DNA from: a virus
IMG/VR virus record: IMGVR_UViG_3300050821_002957
Span: 207,192 to 271,191 of that record
DNA: 64,000 nucleotides
Strand: one strand, 5' to 3'
Part shown: positions 28,570 through 38,128 of the stretch, one piece after another
Layout: the number at the start of each line of letters is the position of its first letter
Numbering within the stretch: position 1 is the first letter of the stretch
Made by a program: the position numbers and the translations under genes
Notes under the pieces: generated by a model
The model's database searches: none
What the model saw: only the letters and a program-made list of their open reading frames with translations
What the model was told of the DNA's origin: nothing

Positions 28570-29253
28570 ATGAAGAACGCCTATCGAATCGTCGGGACGG
28601 TCGTCTACATCACGGTCGAAACCACCGGCAAGACAAAATTGAAAAAAGAAACGTTGATCGATGTCGCCGACCTGGACATGCTTCTCCATCATCCTGTGAA
28701 AACTTGGTACGCTCATCTTGCAAAAGCTCCAGCCGGAAAATTTTATGTACTCGGCAAAGAATATTCTGCGGAGACACGAAGCTCGACAACACAAATGCTG
28801 CATCGTGTTCTCATGGGCGATCCCCGAAAAAAGTCTGGCAGAGCAATCGAGATTCATCACGTAGACAATGACGGCTTGAACAATCGGCACGAGAATATGG
28901 AGCGCAAATCACATCGGGGAAACATTCGAGCGCATTGGCCAGAAAGAAACTGGGTGCCTTACGATGAGTCGCTTGATCGAATTGTCGTCTTCAAAAAACT
29001 TGTCCAGATCGGCAAAGATATTCAGGCGACATATGAACTGACTCGCCAACAGCTATGGAAGATTCGCACAGGAAAAACATTGGAGTCAGCAGCGGCAAAG
29101 GCTTTTTGGTTCGCTGTGCTCGATGCATATCCTCAGTTGTTTCATAAAGAATGGAGAAGTGCGCCCTGGAAAGTCGGAGCGGCTGCAATCAAACAGTTTT
29201 GTGTTTCAAAAGAAAAAGGTGTGACGGCTGAAAAGTTGTCTGTTTCTTGGTAA
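28570..29253 (+). CDS. HNH homing endonuclease (HNH_3 type), freestanding
   Basis: LHRVLMG...IEIHHVDNDGLNNRHENM; ORF in track begins 28501. Confidence 0.7.
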   Translation: MKNAYRIVGTVVYITVETTGKTKLKKETLIDVADLDMLLHHPVKTWYAHLAKAPAGKFYVLGKEYSAETRSSTTQMLHRVLMGDPRKKSGRAIEIHHVDNDGLNNRHENMERKSHRGNIRAHWPERNWVPYDESLDRIVVFKKLVQIGKDIQATYELTRQQLWKIRTGKTLESAAAKAFWFAVLDAYPQLFHKEWRSAPWKVGAAAIKQFCVSKEKGVTAEKLSVSW

Positions 29254-29578
29254 ATTGTTGAAATAGCTGGGGATTGGTCTGGGCGATGTAATGGGGCTGG
29301 TGTGGAACTGCCCCGGCACACAGGCAGTTAGGACCAGCACGTTTCCCTCTTACCGTACACACGACCACGCTGTTTGACCACTTTGCTCCATTCCACTCCC
29401 CATTTGGCTATCAAGTCGTTTTCAGAGTATCAAAATATAAATTGCAACATTTCAGCATCGATTCATCGGTCGTCAGATTCCACGGCACGGCCAAACTCTC
29501 TGCCTGTTACGATGCGGTTTGCTGCCAATTAGACGAAGCTGGAGCGGTCGGTTCGTGGTGGCTGATATCTGAAGGCAC

Positions 29579-30022
29579 TTGACAGAACAGCCACGCCGTG
29601 TGACGATCAAAAAGAACATGAATCTCTGCATCCAAAAACAAAAAGCCGCTGCGTCTCTTCTATTGACGGCGGCTGCGGCATCTCACCACCAACAGCAGCA
29701 GCAACACCACGACGATCTATTTGAATGCGTCACAGACGAACAGCGAGCAGAAGCGGCGAAGTTGCAAAAATTGGTCGAAGAGAAGGCAGAATCGATGCAA
29801 AGGCAATTTGATGATATTGCAATGAATCATAATTGGAACAGATGGACCTGTGCCTATGTGTTTCTTCATCCCGATACCAAAGACGGAATATATTGCTGGT
29901 CAATGATGTCGGACAAAATGATTCCAAGTCGAGGAGCAGCGGTCGAGCGCATGGCAAAGATCGGCTTCGATTTTCAAAATTCGCCGCACTACTTGTTCAT
30001 GAATCAGAGAAGAGAAAAATGA
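29579..30022 (+). CDS. hypothetical protein, Gln/His-rich
   Basis: 147-aa ORF, start uncertain. Confidence 0.35.
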   Translation: MTEQPRRVTIKKNMNLCIQKQKAAASLLLTAAAASHHQQQQQHHDDLFECVTDEQRAEAAKLQKLVEEKAESMQRQFDDIAMNHNWNRWTCAYVFLHPDTKDGIYCWSMMSDKMIPSRGAAVERMAKIGFDFQNSPHYLFMNQRREK

Positions 30023-30507
30023 CAGAAAAAGTGCATGGCTTCAGACTGCTTCAATGGACTGACTGCAACAATTACATCTACGCCAAACCATACGACATAG
30101 AGGACAATGGTCAATATCGTTGGATGATCAGACAGAACATCAACAATGAAGACAACGAATTTTTGTATGATGGACTGCCATACCTCTACTGGAGAAAATG
30201 GAATCCGCAAGAGGCAAGACGATTTTTGGCGTTCTACACAGAAGAAAATGCAGTGGCTTTTTTCAATCGGTGGGTCGCATCAGAAGAAGAGCAGCAGCAA
30301 CAACAAGAAGAGATAGACCCACAAATCAAACTTGAATTGCGAAAGGCGTTGGTGTACAATCTATCACATGATGACTCCACAAGAGATTCACAGCTTGGCG
30401 ATCCAGCATTTGGCCGGGAACATCGTCTTCGCACAGAATGTTCCGCCCGACATGGTTCCGAGTGTGTTCATGCCTTTGATTTTCATGACGGAAGAACAAA
30501 AGACTGA
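30019..30507 (+). CDS. paralog-family protein B
   Basis: 162 aa; shares W.I.Q...FLYD...W.W+KW...F.TEE.A..F.N and QQQEEIDPxxKLxLRKA with 31622-32317 and 32326-32751. Confidence 0.45.
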   Translation: MTEKVHGFRLLQWTDCNNYIYAKPYDIEDNGQYRWMIRQNINNEDNEFLYDGLPYLYWRKWNPQEARRFLAFYTEENAVAFFNRWVASEEEQQQQQEEIDPQIKLELRKALVYNLSHDDSTRDSQLGDPAFGREHRLRTECSARHGSECVHAFDFHDGRTKD

Positions 30508-30684
30508 GCTAGAAAACAAGCTGGTGTCCGGTGATGTTGCCGATATTTACGAGCATATCTCTGAAGCCGGTCCACAGTCGGTCAATGGATTTCCGATCTT
30601 CATGTCGTACAAAACCATTTCAAAAGACGATTTGGCTGCATTGGGAGCGAAAGTTGAATTGTTGAAAGGTCCTGGAGATCAGAT

Positions 30685-30951
30685 ATGAAGTTCGCTTGGC
30701 GTTGTAAAATCTGCTCGAACGGTGAAATCATTTCGGTCAAGAACGGTGACAGCTTTCTAAAGACGATTGAAACAATGGCCTTCGATGTCATGGCGGCGCA
30801 CAAAGCACTCGACCTGACTGGCTGTCCTGCGACTGAAAATGACATCGAAGCCAAAATTGTAGCCGAAGAAGAAGGATTTGTATCGAAGCAAGGACTGCGG
30901 CTCCGTAGTGCAGCGGTCTATTCGACTTACAAACGATTGACAATGAAGTGA
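30685..30951 (+). CDS. small Zn-ribbon protein
   Basis: 88-aa ORF, CKIC. Confidence 0.35.
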   Translation: MKFAWRCKICSNGEIISVKNGDSFLKTIETMAFDVMAAHKALDLTGCPATENDIEAKIVAEEEGFVSKQGLRLRSAAVYSTYKRLTMK

Positions 30952-31019
30952 ATCCATGCGATCCTGGATGACACACACGCATACACAAATGAAATTTCTC
31001 AAAAAAGGAATATGAAGAG

Positions 31020-31634
31020 ATGAGTAGCAAAGCAGCAGCGACGATCAATAACAACAAGACAAAGCCTTCCGACGCACATGCAACGCTCGGAATGGTCATA
31101 GGGCCAGAGTACAAGCGTGATGCAGTCCACAGCGCCGTAGAGCCTGTTGTAGCCGGTTGTCTGCTTCGACCGGGCACACATGTCGGTTTTGTCGGTGACA
31201 TGAACAATCCGAAAGAGGTTGGTCCGTCAGCAAATCCTGTCGGGGTGATCGATCCATATCTGAAATCTGACGTTCGTCCTGGTGAATGGGTCTGGATGTT
31301 CGTCTATCCTCGGACCATTACATCATTGCGGCACGTCTGGTCGCATCCTGCAATTCCTGACGAAAAAGAAATTGCTGCTGCTGTGTCGTCTGTCGATCCT
31401 GACGTTGCTGAATCTGAAGCATGGATTAAGAACTATGCGAGAGGCATCGGTGTGGACTACAACGAATTACTTCAGCACGCTCACGCCAAGGTAGACAATG
31501 ACGACTACTGGTGCGAAGGTGGACGTTTTGAAGGTGAATATACTCCTGACGATTTCTGGGAGCACTTTGAAAAGGTGACCGGGCGTAGCGTCGATGAAAA
31601 TAATCGAGGAAACTTCTTCTCATGCAGTTGCTAG
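31020..31634 (+). CDS. hypothetical protein
   Basis: 204-aa ORF. Confidence 0.45.
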   Translation: MSSKAAATINNNKTKPSDAHATLGMVIGPEYKRDAVHSAVEPVVAGCLLRPGTHVGFVGDMNNPKEVGPSANPVGVIDPYLKSDVRPGEWVWMFVYPRTITSLRHVWSHPAIPDEKEIAAAVSSVDPDVAESEAWIKNYARGIGVDYNELLQHAHAKVDNDDYWCEGGRFEGEYTPDDFWEHFEKVTGRSVDENNRGNFFSCSC

Positions 31635-32317
31635 TCAAGACGTTTCAGACACCAATAACAAAATTGTGGGGACTCTCTACGGACGCTATTGTCGGCGCTC
31701 AACCCCATGTGATGGTGATGTGTGAAGACCCTGTTGTGCCGTGGCGTTGGCGTGATCGATCAGACATTTGTAAATATCCTGATATGTTGTTTTTAAGTGA
31801 ACTAGAGGCCATTCAATTTGCTCTTAATCATCGAATGGTTGTGATGACAAGCACCAATGTAACCATCACAAGCATTCAGGATTCTTTCGACATTGGGCCT
31901 GCCTTGGTCAAACAAGTGGATCAGATGTTTACCGATGGTGCTGATTTTGATCCTGAGACGGTGAACAGAATGCAACTACGTCAAGAGATGAAAGAAAAGC
32001 TCGCCGATTTGTTGTGGGATCATGCGGTTGATTCGATAACCACGCCATCTGAATCACACCAATGGAAAGGTTGTTCTGTTTGTCAAGAAATCGAGGAGCT
32101 TTGGCTGAGGGTCTATGGTGCTGCGGTTCGGGACCAACAACAAGAAGAGAAGATCGACCCAGCCGTCAAGTTGCAATTACGCAAAGCTGTGTTAGATTTG
32201 AGTCAGACCGATAAAAAATGCCACTACGTCACCAAAGAATGCCCAGACGTGATCGGCGGCGACAACAAAGACGTGAGCGACAGCATGAAAAATGTGGTGC
32301 ATGATGTTGGTATGTAG
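31622..32317 (+). CDS. paralog-family protein C
   Basis: C-terminus ...QQQEEKIDPAVKLQLRKAVLDLS. Confidence 0.45.
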   Translation: MQLLVKTFQTPITKLWGLSTDAIVGAQPHVMVMCEDPVVPWRWRDRSDICKYPDMLFLSELEAIQFALNHRMVVMTSTNVTITSIQDSFDIGPALVKQVDQMFTDGADFDPETVNRMQLRQEMKEKLADLLWDHAVDSITTPSESHQWKGCSVCQEIEELWLRVYGAAVRDQQQEEKIDPAVKLQLRKAVLDLSQTDKKCHYVTKECPDVIGGDNKDVSDSMKNVVHDVGM

Positions 32318-32325
32318 GTGAACGA

Positions 32326-32751
32326 ATGTTTTATGTATTAGACGAAAACGTTAGTACTGATTTGTACATCTTAACTAGGCACACACCCACCGTGAAGACA
32401 GGCTGGCTGATTTATCAGGAAGACTCGATTTGGAATAAGTTTTTGGCTTACGATCCAGTAGACAATAATTGGGTCTGGAAGAAATGGTCGTATGAAGATC
32501 CCAATTTCATTCACTTTCAAACAAAAGAATCGGCAGAACAGTTCTACAATGCCATCAAACGTAAATGGGATTTTCAGAAACAGGTCGATCAACAAGTCTT
32601 AGATAAGAGCGTCTCGGCGATCCTTCGCAAGGCCACACTGGAAATCAAAAAGGTAAATCATGTTACATCTCAAGAGCAATTCATGGATCATTCGCCTGTA
32701 CAAGTTTTCGGAACGGATGAAGAGCGGCTTTCACGGTTGGTCTCACACTAG
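32326..32751 (+). CDS. paralog-family protein D
   Basis: aligns to B over about 110 aa. Confidence 0.45.
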   Translation: MFYVLDENVSTDLYILTRHTPTVKTGWLIYQEDSIWNKFLAYDPVDNNWVWKKWSYEDPNFIHFQTKESAEQFYNAIKRKWDFQKQVDQQVLDKSVSAILRKATLEIKKVNHVTSQEQFMDHSPVQVFGTDEERLSRLVSH

Positions 32752-33141
32752 GACAAGCTACATCGAGACAGACGATACTACCAATCTTTGTTACATGGTC
32801 AGGTCGATTGTTATTTATTTGCCCTTCATGATCTTTATGCGGGTGGCTGCGATTTGGGCAATACTTGAAGCAGCAGCACTTTATCCCATGTCGAAAGTTG
32901 GCTGGCGCTGGTGGATTGTGCCGGGATGGATCGTCGGCACCATTGTAGTACTAGTGATTTTTGTCGTCGGCTGCATCTTACTCTATGAGTTTCTTGACGA
33001 ATATTTCAAGAAAAGATTCAAAGAAAGATCCGCCAAGCCTCCATCAGATTGGACCAAAGTCGTCGGCGAGTTCATTGTTGCTCGACACAACGACATCTGC
33101 CCAGAAATTGTGATTGACCCGACAAAAAAAGAGAGATAATA

Positions 33142-33537
33142 ATGAAAGCTGTTCTGAAAAACTCGCTGCTGCCGTACATATTCAATTTTGTCAAGGCTGC
33201 TCTGAAAGACCTTTTCAATTTTATCAAAGAAGAAGTGTTTCCGTTTCGCATGTACGTCTGTGTCTGGATCTTGATTATCTGTGGCATCGTCATCGGTATC
33301 GAAAAATTGTCTTACGAACAAACTGTCTGGAATGGACCTGCGAAAGTGATAGGTGCGAATCTTACGAGTGCAGATCACGTTGAGTTGACTTTAGTGACGA
33401 CTGATGGCACGAACAAAAAATTCACGACAGAAGACAACACTATTGTCTTTGCGTACATGACGGGCACGACAACATTTCAATGTGCAATCGCTGAAATGGG
33501 TTCGGCGTCTTGTAAGGCACCCATCATAAAAAAATGA
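33142..33537 (+). CDS. membrane protein
   Basis: 131 aa, 1-2 TM. Confidence 0.4.
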   Translation: MKAVLKNSLLPYIFNFVKAALKDLFNFIKEEVFPFRMYVCVWILIICGIVIGIEKLSYEQTVWNGPAKVIGANLTSADHVELTLVTTDGTNKKFTTEDNTIVFAYMTGTTTFQCAIAEMGSASCKAPIIKK

Positions 33538-34049
33538 ATTTCTGGGTTAAAATTTTCAACATTACTCGGCCTGAAGATTGGCTTGGTAAAATTATTGAAA
33601 GAGAGAACAACATGCTCCTCAAAGCCTCAATTACGCTTTTCGACAGTCATGGACATGCTAGAGCAACGAAAGAATTTGCATTTGAAGACCGAGACTACAC
33701 CGATTATTGGGATAGACTAGACTTTGACCCGGCACCCTGCGACTATGGAACAATCACTAAAGTCAGAGTTGTGATTGGCAATCAAGAGCGTTGGATTGAT
33801 TGTTTCACCAAAATCCCTAAAAATGATACCCTTTACATTTTGATGTACAGCATTCCCTGGAAAGAAATGATGATCGACGTTAGAGCTTCACTGCTCGCAT
33901 CGGTCACTAAGAATTTTTCGTCGTTGAAATCCCTGTTGTACGAGCGTTCTCCTCTTCCATCGTCCTTGTCTTTATCTTGCCGACAAAAAGCAAAGGCGGA
34001 AAACGTCGAGACACAGGTTGTTCCGGCGCAAAATCCTCAATTGTTTTAA
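33534..34049 (+). CDS. hypothetical protein
   Basis: 171-aa ORF. Confidence 0.4.
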   Translation: MNFWVKIFNITRPEDWLGKIIERENNMLLKASITLFDSHGHARATKEFAFEDRDYTDYWDRLDFDPAPCDYGTITKVRVVIGNQERWIDCFTKIPKNDTLYILMYSIPWKEMMIDVRASLLASVTKNFSSLKSLLYERSPLPSSLSLSCRQKAKAENVETQVVPAQNPQLF

Positions 34050-34168
34050 GATCGGCTGACCACATGAAGTGCGGCCACCAGCCATAGTGAGACTTTCGGA
34101 CTATCAAATAGCCTCCACGAGTCAACCAACGGCCTATGGAAAATATAAGGCAATTCGACATTAGTGAT

Positions 34169-35056
34169 TCAATAGCGGTTATGATGATCGTATCTGTTTC
34201 TGGTGGCTTTTTGATACGCCTTAGCTACATCCGTACTAAATCCATGATCACGAGCAACAATGTGTTGAGAACCGTCTGGATGCTCAAAGACGCCTAAGTT
34301 TTTCTTCTGGTGATAGTCGTTCGGTGAGTGCCCAGTATTGCCGTGATAGTCCTGAAATTTCTGAACAAGTGGATGCTGATTCAGACGATGATGTTCTGCT
34401 TCTTGCTCAGACGTTCCTGAGTAATGTCTACCGTTGTTCTGGTCGTGGTTGTGGACCAAGGTATTGACAAACTGTTTGTGATTGATACCTTTTGGAAACT
34501 CTTTGTTCTTGGTCAGCTTTTGAAACTCTCCAGGCTTGATGTCTCGCACATGGCCGACGTGAGACCATTCATGTTTTTCGTGGTCATGATCAATCAATGG
34601 AGGAAAGATGCCGCTTTCTTTGTTTGAACTGTAATGATTTGATCCTTTCTCCGGTTCGTAGCGAAGAATACGATAGTTTCCGTTCACCCAATGATCGCCA
34701 CCTTCTGCGTGGTTTTGCATGGCACCCAGGCTCATTCCGTCGTGTTCTGAGGCTTTGTGATGCTTGTCGAGTGCGGCTCTGATGGCAACTTTTGTTCCAG
34801 AATGGATGTGTGCATCTTTGCCGTCAAGAACAATGTGATGCGGTGTGTCATGTTTCAAATAGGCTCTGGACGAACCTTTGGGCATGTTACCTTCGATGCC
34901 AGTCTTCTGTCCGCTGTTGGTCAATTGTTTGATCTTTTTTGCGAGCAGGCTTTGCTTTGGCGCATACGAATTTGAAGACGTAACAATCGACCGGAGTTCA
35001 GGATGAAGCTCTTCGACGATTACATTGTGGATGAAGTCTTTAAAATTGACCAGCAT
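34169..35056 (-). CDS. histidine-rich protein with CTS-like N-terminus (MLVNFKDFIHNVIVEE); candidate packaged internal protein
   Basis: 295 aa, about 14% His; CTAAATAC box 5 nt upstream of ATG. Confidence 0.5.
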   Translation of the reverse strand: MLVNFKDFIHNVIVEELHPELRSIVTSSNSYAPKQSLLAKKIKQLTNSGQKTGIEGNMPKGSSRAYLKHDTPHHIVLDGKDAHIHSGTKVAIRAALDKHHKASEHDGMSLGAMQNHAEGGDHWVNGNYRILRYEPEKGSNHYSSNKESGIFPPLIDHDHEKHEWSHVGHVRDIKPGEFQKLTKNKEFPKGINHKQFVNTLVHNHDQNNGRHYSGTSEQEAEHHRLNQHPLVQKFQDYHGNTGHSPNDYHQKKNLGVFEHPDGSQHIVARDHGFSTDVAKAYQKATRNRYDHHNRY

Positions 35057-35065
35057 GTCCAGTAT

Positions 35066-35320
35066 TTAGTCGAACAAACTGGCCTGATGAATCTTGGACA
35101 AATGCTTTTCTAAATTGGTGGGAGTCTTGCCGCCTTTCTTCTTCGCTGAGTGTGTCCATCCTGCGTCAGAGACGGTCGCTGTGTGGTCGAGACGAGGATG
35201 GGTATACTTGGTGACCCCGGACTCATTCGACGCCTTCTGATAGCCGTAATTGCGGAGCACAGCCTGGACTTTCTTGCTCGATTTGGACTCGGCGATCAGA
35301 AATTCGCTGAAGGATTGCAT
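35066..35320 (-). CDS. small basic protein with T4-IP-like N-terminus MQSFSEFLIAE
   Basis: 84 aa; compare T4 internal-protein CTS MKTYQEFIAE; CTAAATAC box 4 nt upstream. Confidence 0.5.
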   Translation of the reverse strand: MQSFSEFLIAESKSSKKVQAVLRNYGYQKASNESGVTKYTHPRLDHTATVSDAGWTHSAKKKGGKTPTNLEKHLSKIHQASLFD

Positions 35321-35348
35321 GACTGTATTTAGCTGTATAGATATCCAT

Positions 35349-35567
35349 ATGAAGATTACACATCAAACAGAATTCGACCTCTTCGTGGCGCTCCTGCCTA
35401 GGGTGGTTGCTCAGAATCCGATTACAGAGCCAGCCGAAGTCATGGCAAAGACACAAGAGCTTATGGAGAAAGCCATTGAACATCTGGAAGAGAAAGGCAT
35501 CGTTAAAGACAGCACGCCTAACAAAAAGTTGAGCATTCGTCCACCAAACCGTTACGCTGAACTGTAA
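35349..35567 (+). CDS. hypothetical protein (leaderless from TGtATAGAT -10)
   Basis: 72 aa from ATG 35349. Confidence 0.35.
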   Translation: MKITHQTEFDLFVALLPRVVAQNPITEPAEVMAKTQELMEKAIEHLEEKGIVKDSTPNKKLSIRPPNRYAEL

Positions 35568-35571
35568 TATT

Positions 35572-35787
35572 TCAGCCTTTAATAAAACTCAAGAGTTGGC
35601 GTGGACTGATTTTTTCACATTCGGCTTCGATCTCAACGATGCGGCGTTTGGGAATATCATAATGAGGGAATCGGCCACCGTGAAACCAGCAACGTTTGAT
35701 GTTGAGCCGGTCTGCCATCGTATGCAAATTTGGAATGCTGTACGGGACGCAGATCAGGTGTCGAGCGCCATCGGTATAGTAAATCAT
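35572..35787 (-). CDS. hypothetical protein
   Basis: 71-aa ORF. Confidence 0.4.
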   Translation of the reverse strand: MIYYTDGARHLICVPYSIPNLHTMADRLNIKRCWFHGGRFPHYDIPKRRIVEIEAECEKISPRQLLSFIKG

Positions 35788-35797
35788 TGAAATATTT

Positions 35798-36340
35798 ATG
35801 AGCTATTCGTACAAATTCAAAACCAACATCTATTATGACAAAATTGCAAAGGACTTGGCCGGAAGCGAGATTGGCGATGTCACGCAATTTCTGAACGAAC
35901 TTGCAGAGGCATTGAAAGCTCGCCATACGCCGGAAGAAGATCAGGTGATTGTGATGCTGCCTGAAGATGCATTCTTTGGAACACTGGCGTTAGGTATTCA
36001 GGATGCAATCACAAATGCCCAAGAGAAGGTCAAAGAGAACACTCGTATTGCCTTTGCCCAGCCGACACATGAACAAATTGAAGAGAAGATCAAAGAACTG
36101 CTTAACGGTGGTACTGATACATCGGTCGATATTCCATTTGATCCTGATTTGGTGGCGCTTCCTCTTGAAATGCGACGGGCTGAACAGATGAGTGGCATTA
36201 AGAGCAATCCAATTGAATGCCGATCTGATCTTTCAAGAGAAGAGCACATCAAACGAACCACCGATACGCTTCTTAGGAATACAGAAATAATGCTAGGCGA
36301 CAAACAATACAGAAAGCAAATGGGTGATCCTACCGTTTAG
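35798..36340 (+). CDS. hypothetical protein
   Basis: 180-aa ORF. Confidence 0.45.
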   Translation: MSYSYKFKTNIYYDKIAKDLAGSEIGDVTQFLNELAEALKARHTPEEDQVIVMLPEDAFFGTLALGIQDAITNAQEKVKENTRIAFAQPTHEQIEEKIKELLNGGTDTSVDIPFDPDLVALPLEMRRAEQMSGIKSNPIECRSDLSREEHIKRTTDTLLRNTEIMLGDKQYRKQMGDPTV

Positions 36341-36744
36341 CGGTTTTTAAGGGTGTTTCTAGGATCAAACGAACCAACATTCTGAGCTTCAGCTTTCTCT
36401 CGCACACGGAGGCGTTTTGAACTTTGAATACCTAATAGTTCTTCGAGCTTCAGTTTTCCGCCTCCTCCCTTTTTGATCCATTCGCTATTGTCACTTTCAA
36501 ATTCTAACGAGTCGATCTCAGTGTCGGTGTCAAAATAGGTTTCGTCAGCCTCACTGTCCAACAAAGCGAAGATGGGCCGCTTGGTGTTCTTGTCATAGAA
36601 TTCATCTTTGGCTGGATCGTATTCGAGTTCTACTTCAGTGGTCCAACGTTTTGGCTTTGCTGCGATGTTCGAGGCCGGGAGTGGCAATGGTTTCTTTGAT
36701 ACTGCTTCTTCTAATTCTTTCTTCTTTGTCAATTCGATATTCAT
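36337..36744 (-). CDS. hypothetical acidic protein
   Basis: 135-aa ORF. Confidence 0.4.
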   Translation of the reverse strand: MNIELTKKKELEEAVSKKPLPLPASNIAAKPKRWTTEVELEYDPAKDEFYDKNTKRPIFALLDSEADETYFDTDTEIDSLEFESDNSEWIKKGGGGKLKLEELLGIQSSKRLRVREKAEAQNVGSFDPRNTLKNR

Positions 36745-37074
36745 AACGTATTTGTCTGACTATGTATCACGTTGAAGTCACAGATTGGGCACAAATAATG
36801 TGGGAGTCGTTTCACCGATCCCAATCGGAAATTGTACGCCACTAGGATGTGGGCGCAACGGAGACATTTCAATTTTATTTTGTCCATATTTGGCACGTCG
36901 AGCAATGACGAAATCCCATCTCAGCTATCCATCGATGTCCTCGCACAAAGCATTTCGATTCACGGACAAAAAATTCTTTGTAGTGTCGATAGGCTTGAGG
37001 CATATGAAGTGTCCACCAAATCAGCCGCACCAAATCGTTCTTCGGTCGCCATGTGTACCACCAAAGACCAATAT

Positions 37075-37542
37075 TCATTGCTGTAATTTTTTGTATGCAT
37101 CTCGTGCAGGCATGATACCTTCCCGACCGAGTTCTTTCATGGCTCGTGCGTTCTTATAAGATTTACCACCGTTCTTTGGGCGCTTGTAGACACCTGCGCT
37201 ACCTGAGACAGTCACTTCATCATTGTGGTCTGGTTTCATGAAATGTAGAGCTTTGAGTGCTGTCGCTTTGCCCTTTGGATGAGTAGCATCATAATGGACA
37301 AAGTGATGAAAACCGTGAATGCTGCTTACGTTCGCTCCGAATCTTGTGAAACCCTTTGCTTGAGCATCTTGAACAGAATCACCCTGTTTGCCGCCAGCTT
37401 TTATATAATCGGGATGATGATTGGCATAGTGTTCTCCATGATGACTGAACAAATGTGCTTCACCAGACGGACTCATCCATCCTCTCATGGCTTTTTCTGG
37501 TTGCCACGATTCGTTGATGAATTGGATAAAGGTCAGTAGCAT
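37075..37542 (-). CDS. histidine-rich protein, CTS-like N-terminus MLLTFIQFINE
   Basis: 155 aa; paralog of 37542-38120. Confidence 0.5.
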   Translation of the reverse strand: MLLTFIQFINESWQPEKAMRGWMSPSGEAHLFSHHGEHYANHHPDYIKAGGKQGDSVQDAQAKGFTRFGANVSSIHGFHHFVHYDATHPKGKATALKALHFMKPDHNDEVTVSGSAGVYKRPKNGGKSYKNARAMKELGREGIMPARDAYKKLQQ

Positions 37543-38120
37543 TACTCTTCCGGTTTATAGTCTTCCTTCGGATGCGTTGCGTGGAAGACCGGCGCTTTCT
37601 TTGTTCCCATGCCTTTCACACGCTCGACATGATGAAAACGCTTTGCCAATTCGTGATGAACATGATCGGCATCGATGTCATGAGCTTTGCGTGGAGACTC
37701 GGGGAAGTTGCCGGTGAATGCGCCACCTTTGTGAGTCGCCTTGTGAATTTGATCCAGCGTGTGACCCATCATCTTTTTGTTCGACTGGACGTTCAGAACA
37801 TTAGATGCGTACACATGATGATACTTCTTGTCTAGTGCATGAGGATCGTGAACGCCGGGTTTCTGGTTGCTTCCAAATTCGTGTGCTGTGACGTTGTGAC
37901 CTTTTTCACGAAGGCGCTTTGCGTGCGCTGCTTCGTGGCCTGCACCGAAATCGAGAAGATGGCGACCTGCCTTGTCGTTGTGTTTAGCTTCGACAGCTTC
38001 GACGTGACGAGGCACCAGGGCCTTTGCGCCGACTGCACCAGCCGCACGAGAAGTGCTGTTGGCGATTTTCTTTTCTTCGTCGCTAAATTCGAGCAGCCAG
38101 TTGGTAAAGGACTTCATCAT
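37542..38120 (-). CDS. histidine-rich protein, CTS-like N-terminus MMKSFTNWLLEF
   Basis: 192 aa; CTAAATAC box 4 nt upstream. Confidence 0.5.
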   Translation of the reverse strand: MMKSFTNWLLEFSDEEKKIANSTSRAAGAVGAKALVPRHVEAVEAKHNDKAGRHLLDFGAGHEAAHAKRLREKGHNVTAHEFGSNQKPGVHDPHALDKKYHHVYASNVLNVQSNKKMMGHTLDQIHKATHKGGAFTGNFPESPRKAHDIDADHVHHELAKRFHHVERVKGMGTKKAPVFHATHPKEDYKPEE

Positions 38121-38128
38121 GCCAGTAT

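Noticed and set aside
27690-29253. Group I intron hosting the HNH endonuclease
   Set aside because: The flanking ORFs are on opposite strands and neither is an interrupted conserved gene. No recognisable P/Q/R/S core elements could be identified by eye. More parsimonious as a freestanding HEG in an intergenic island.
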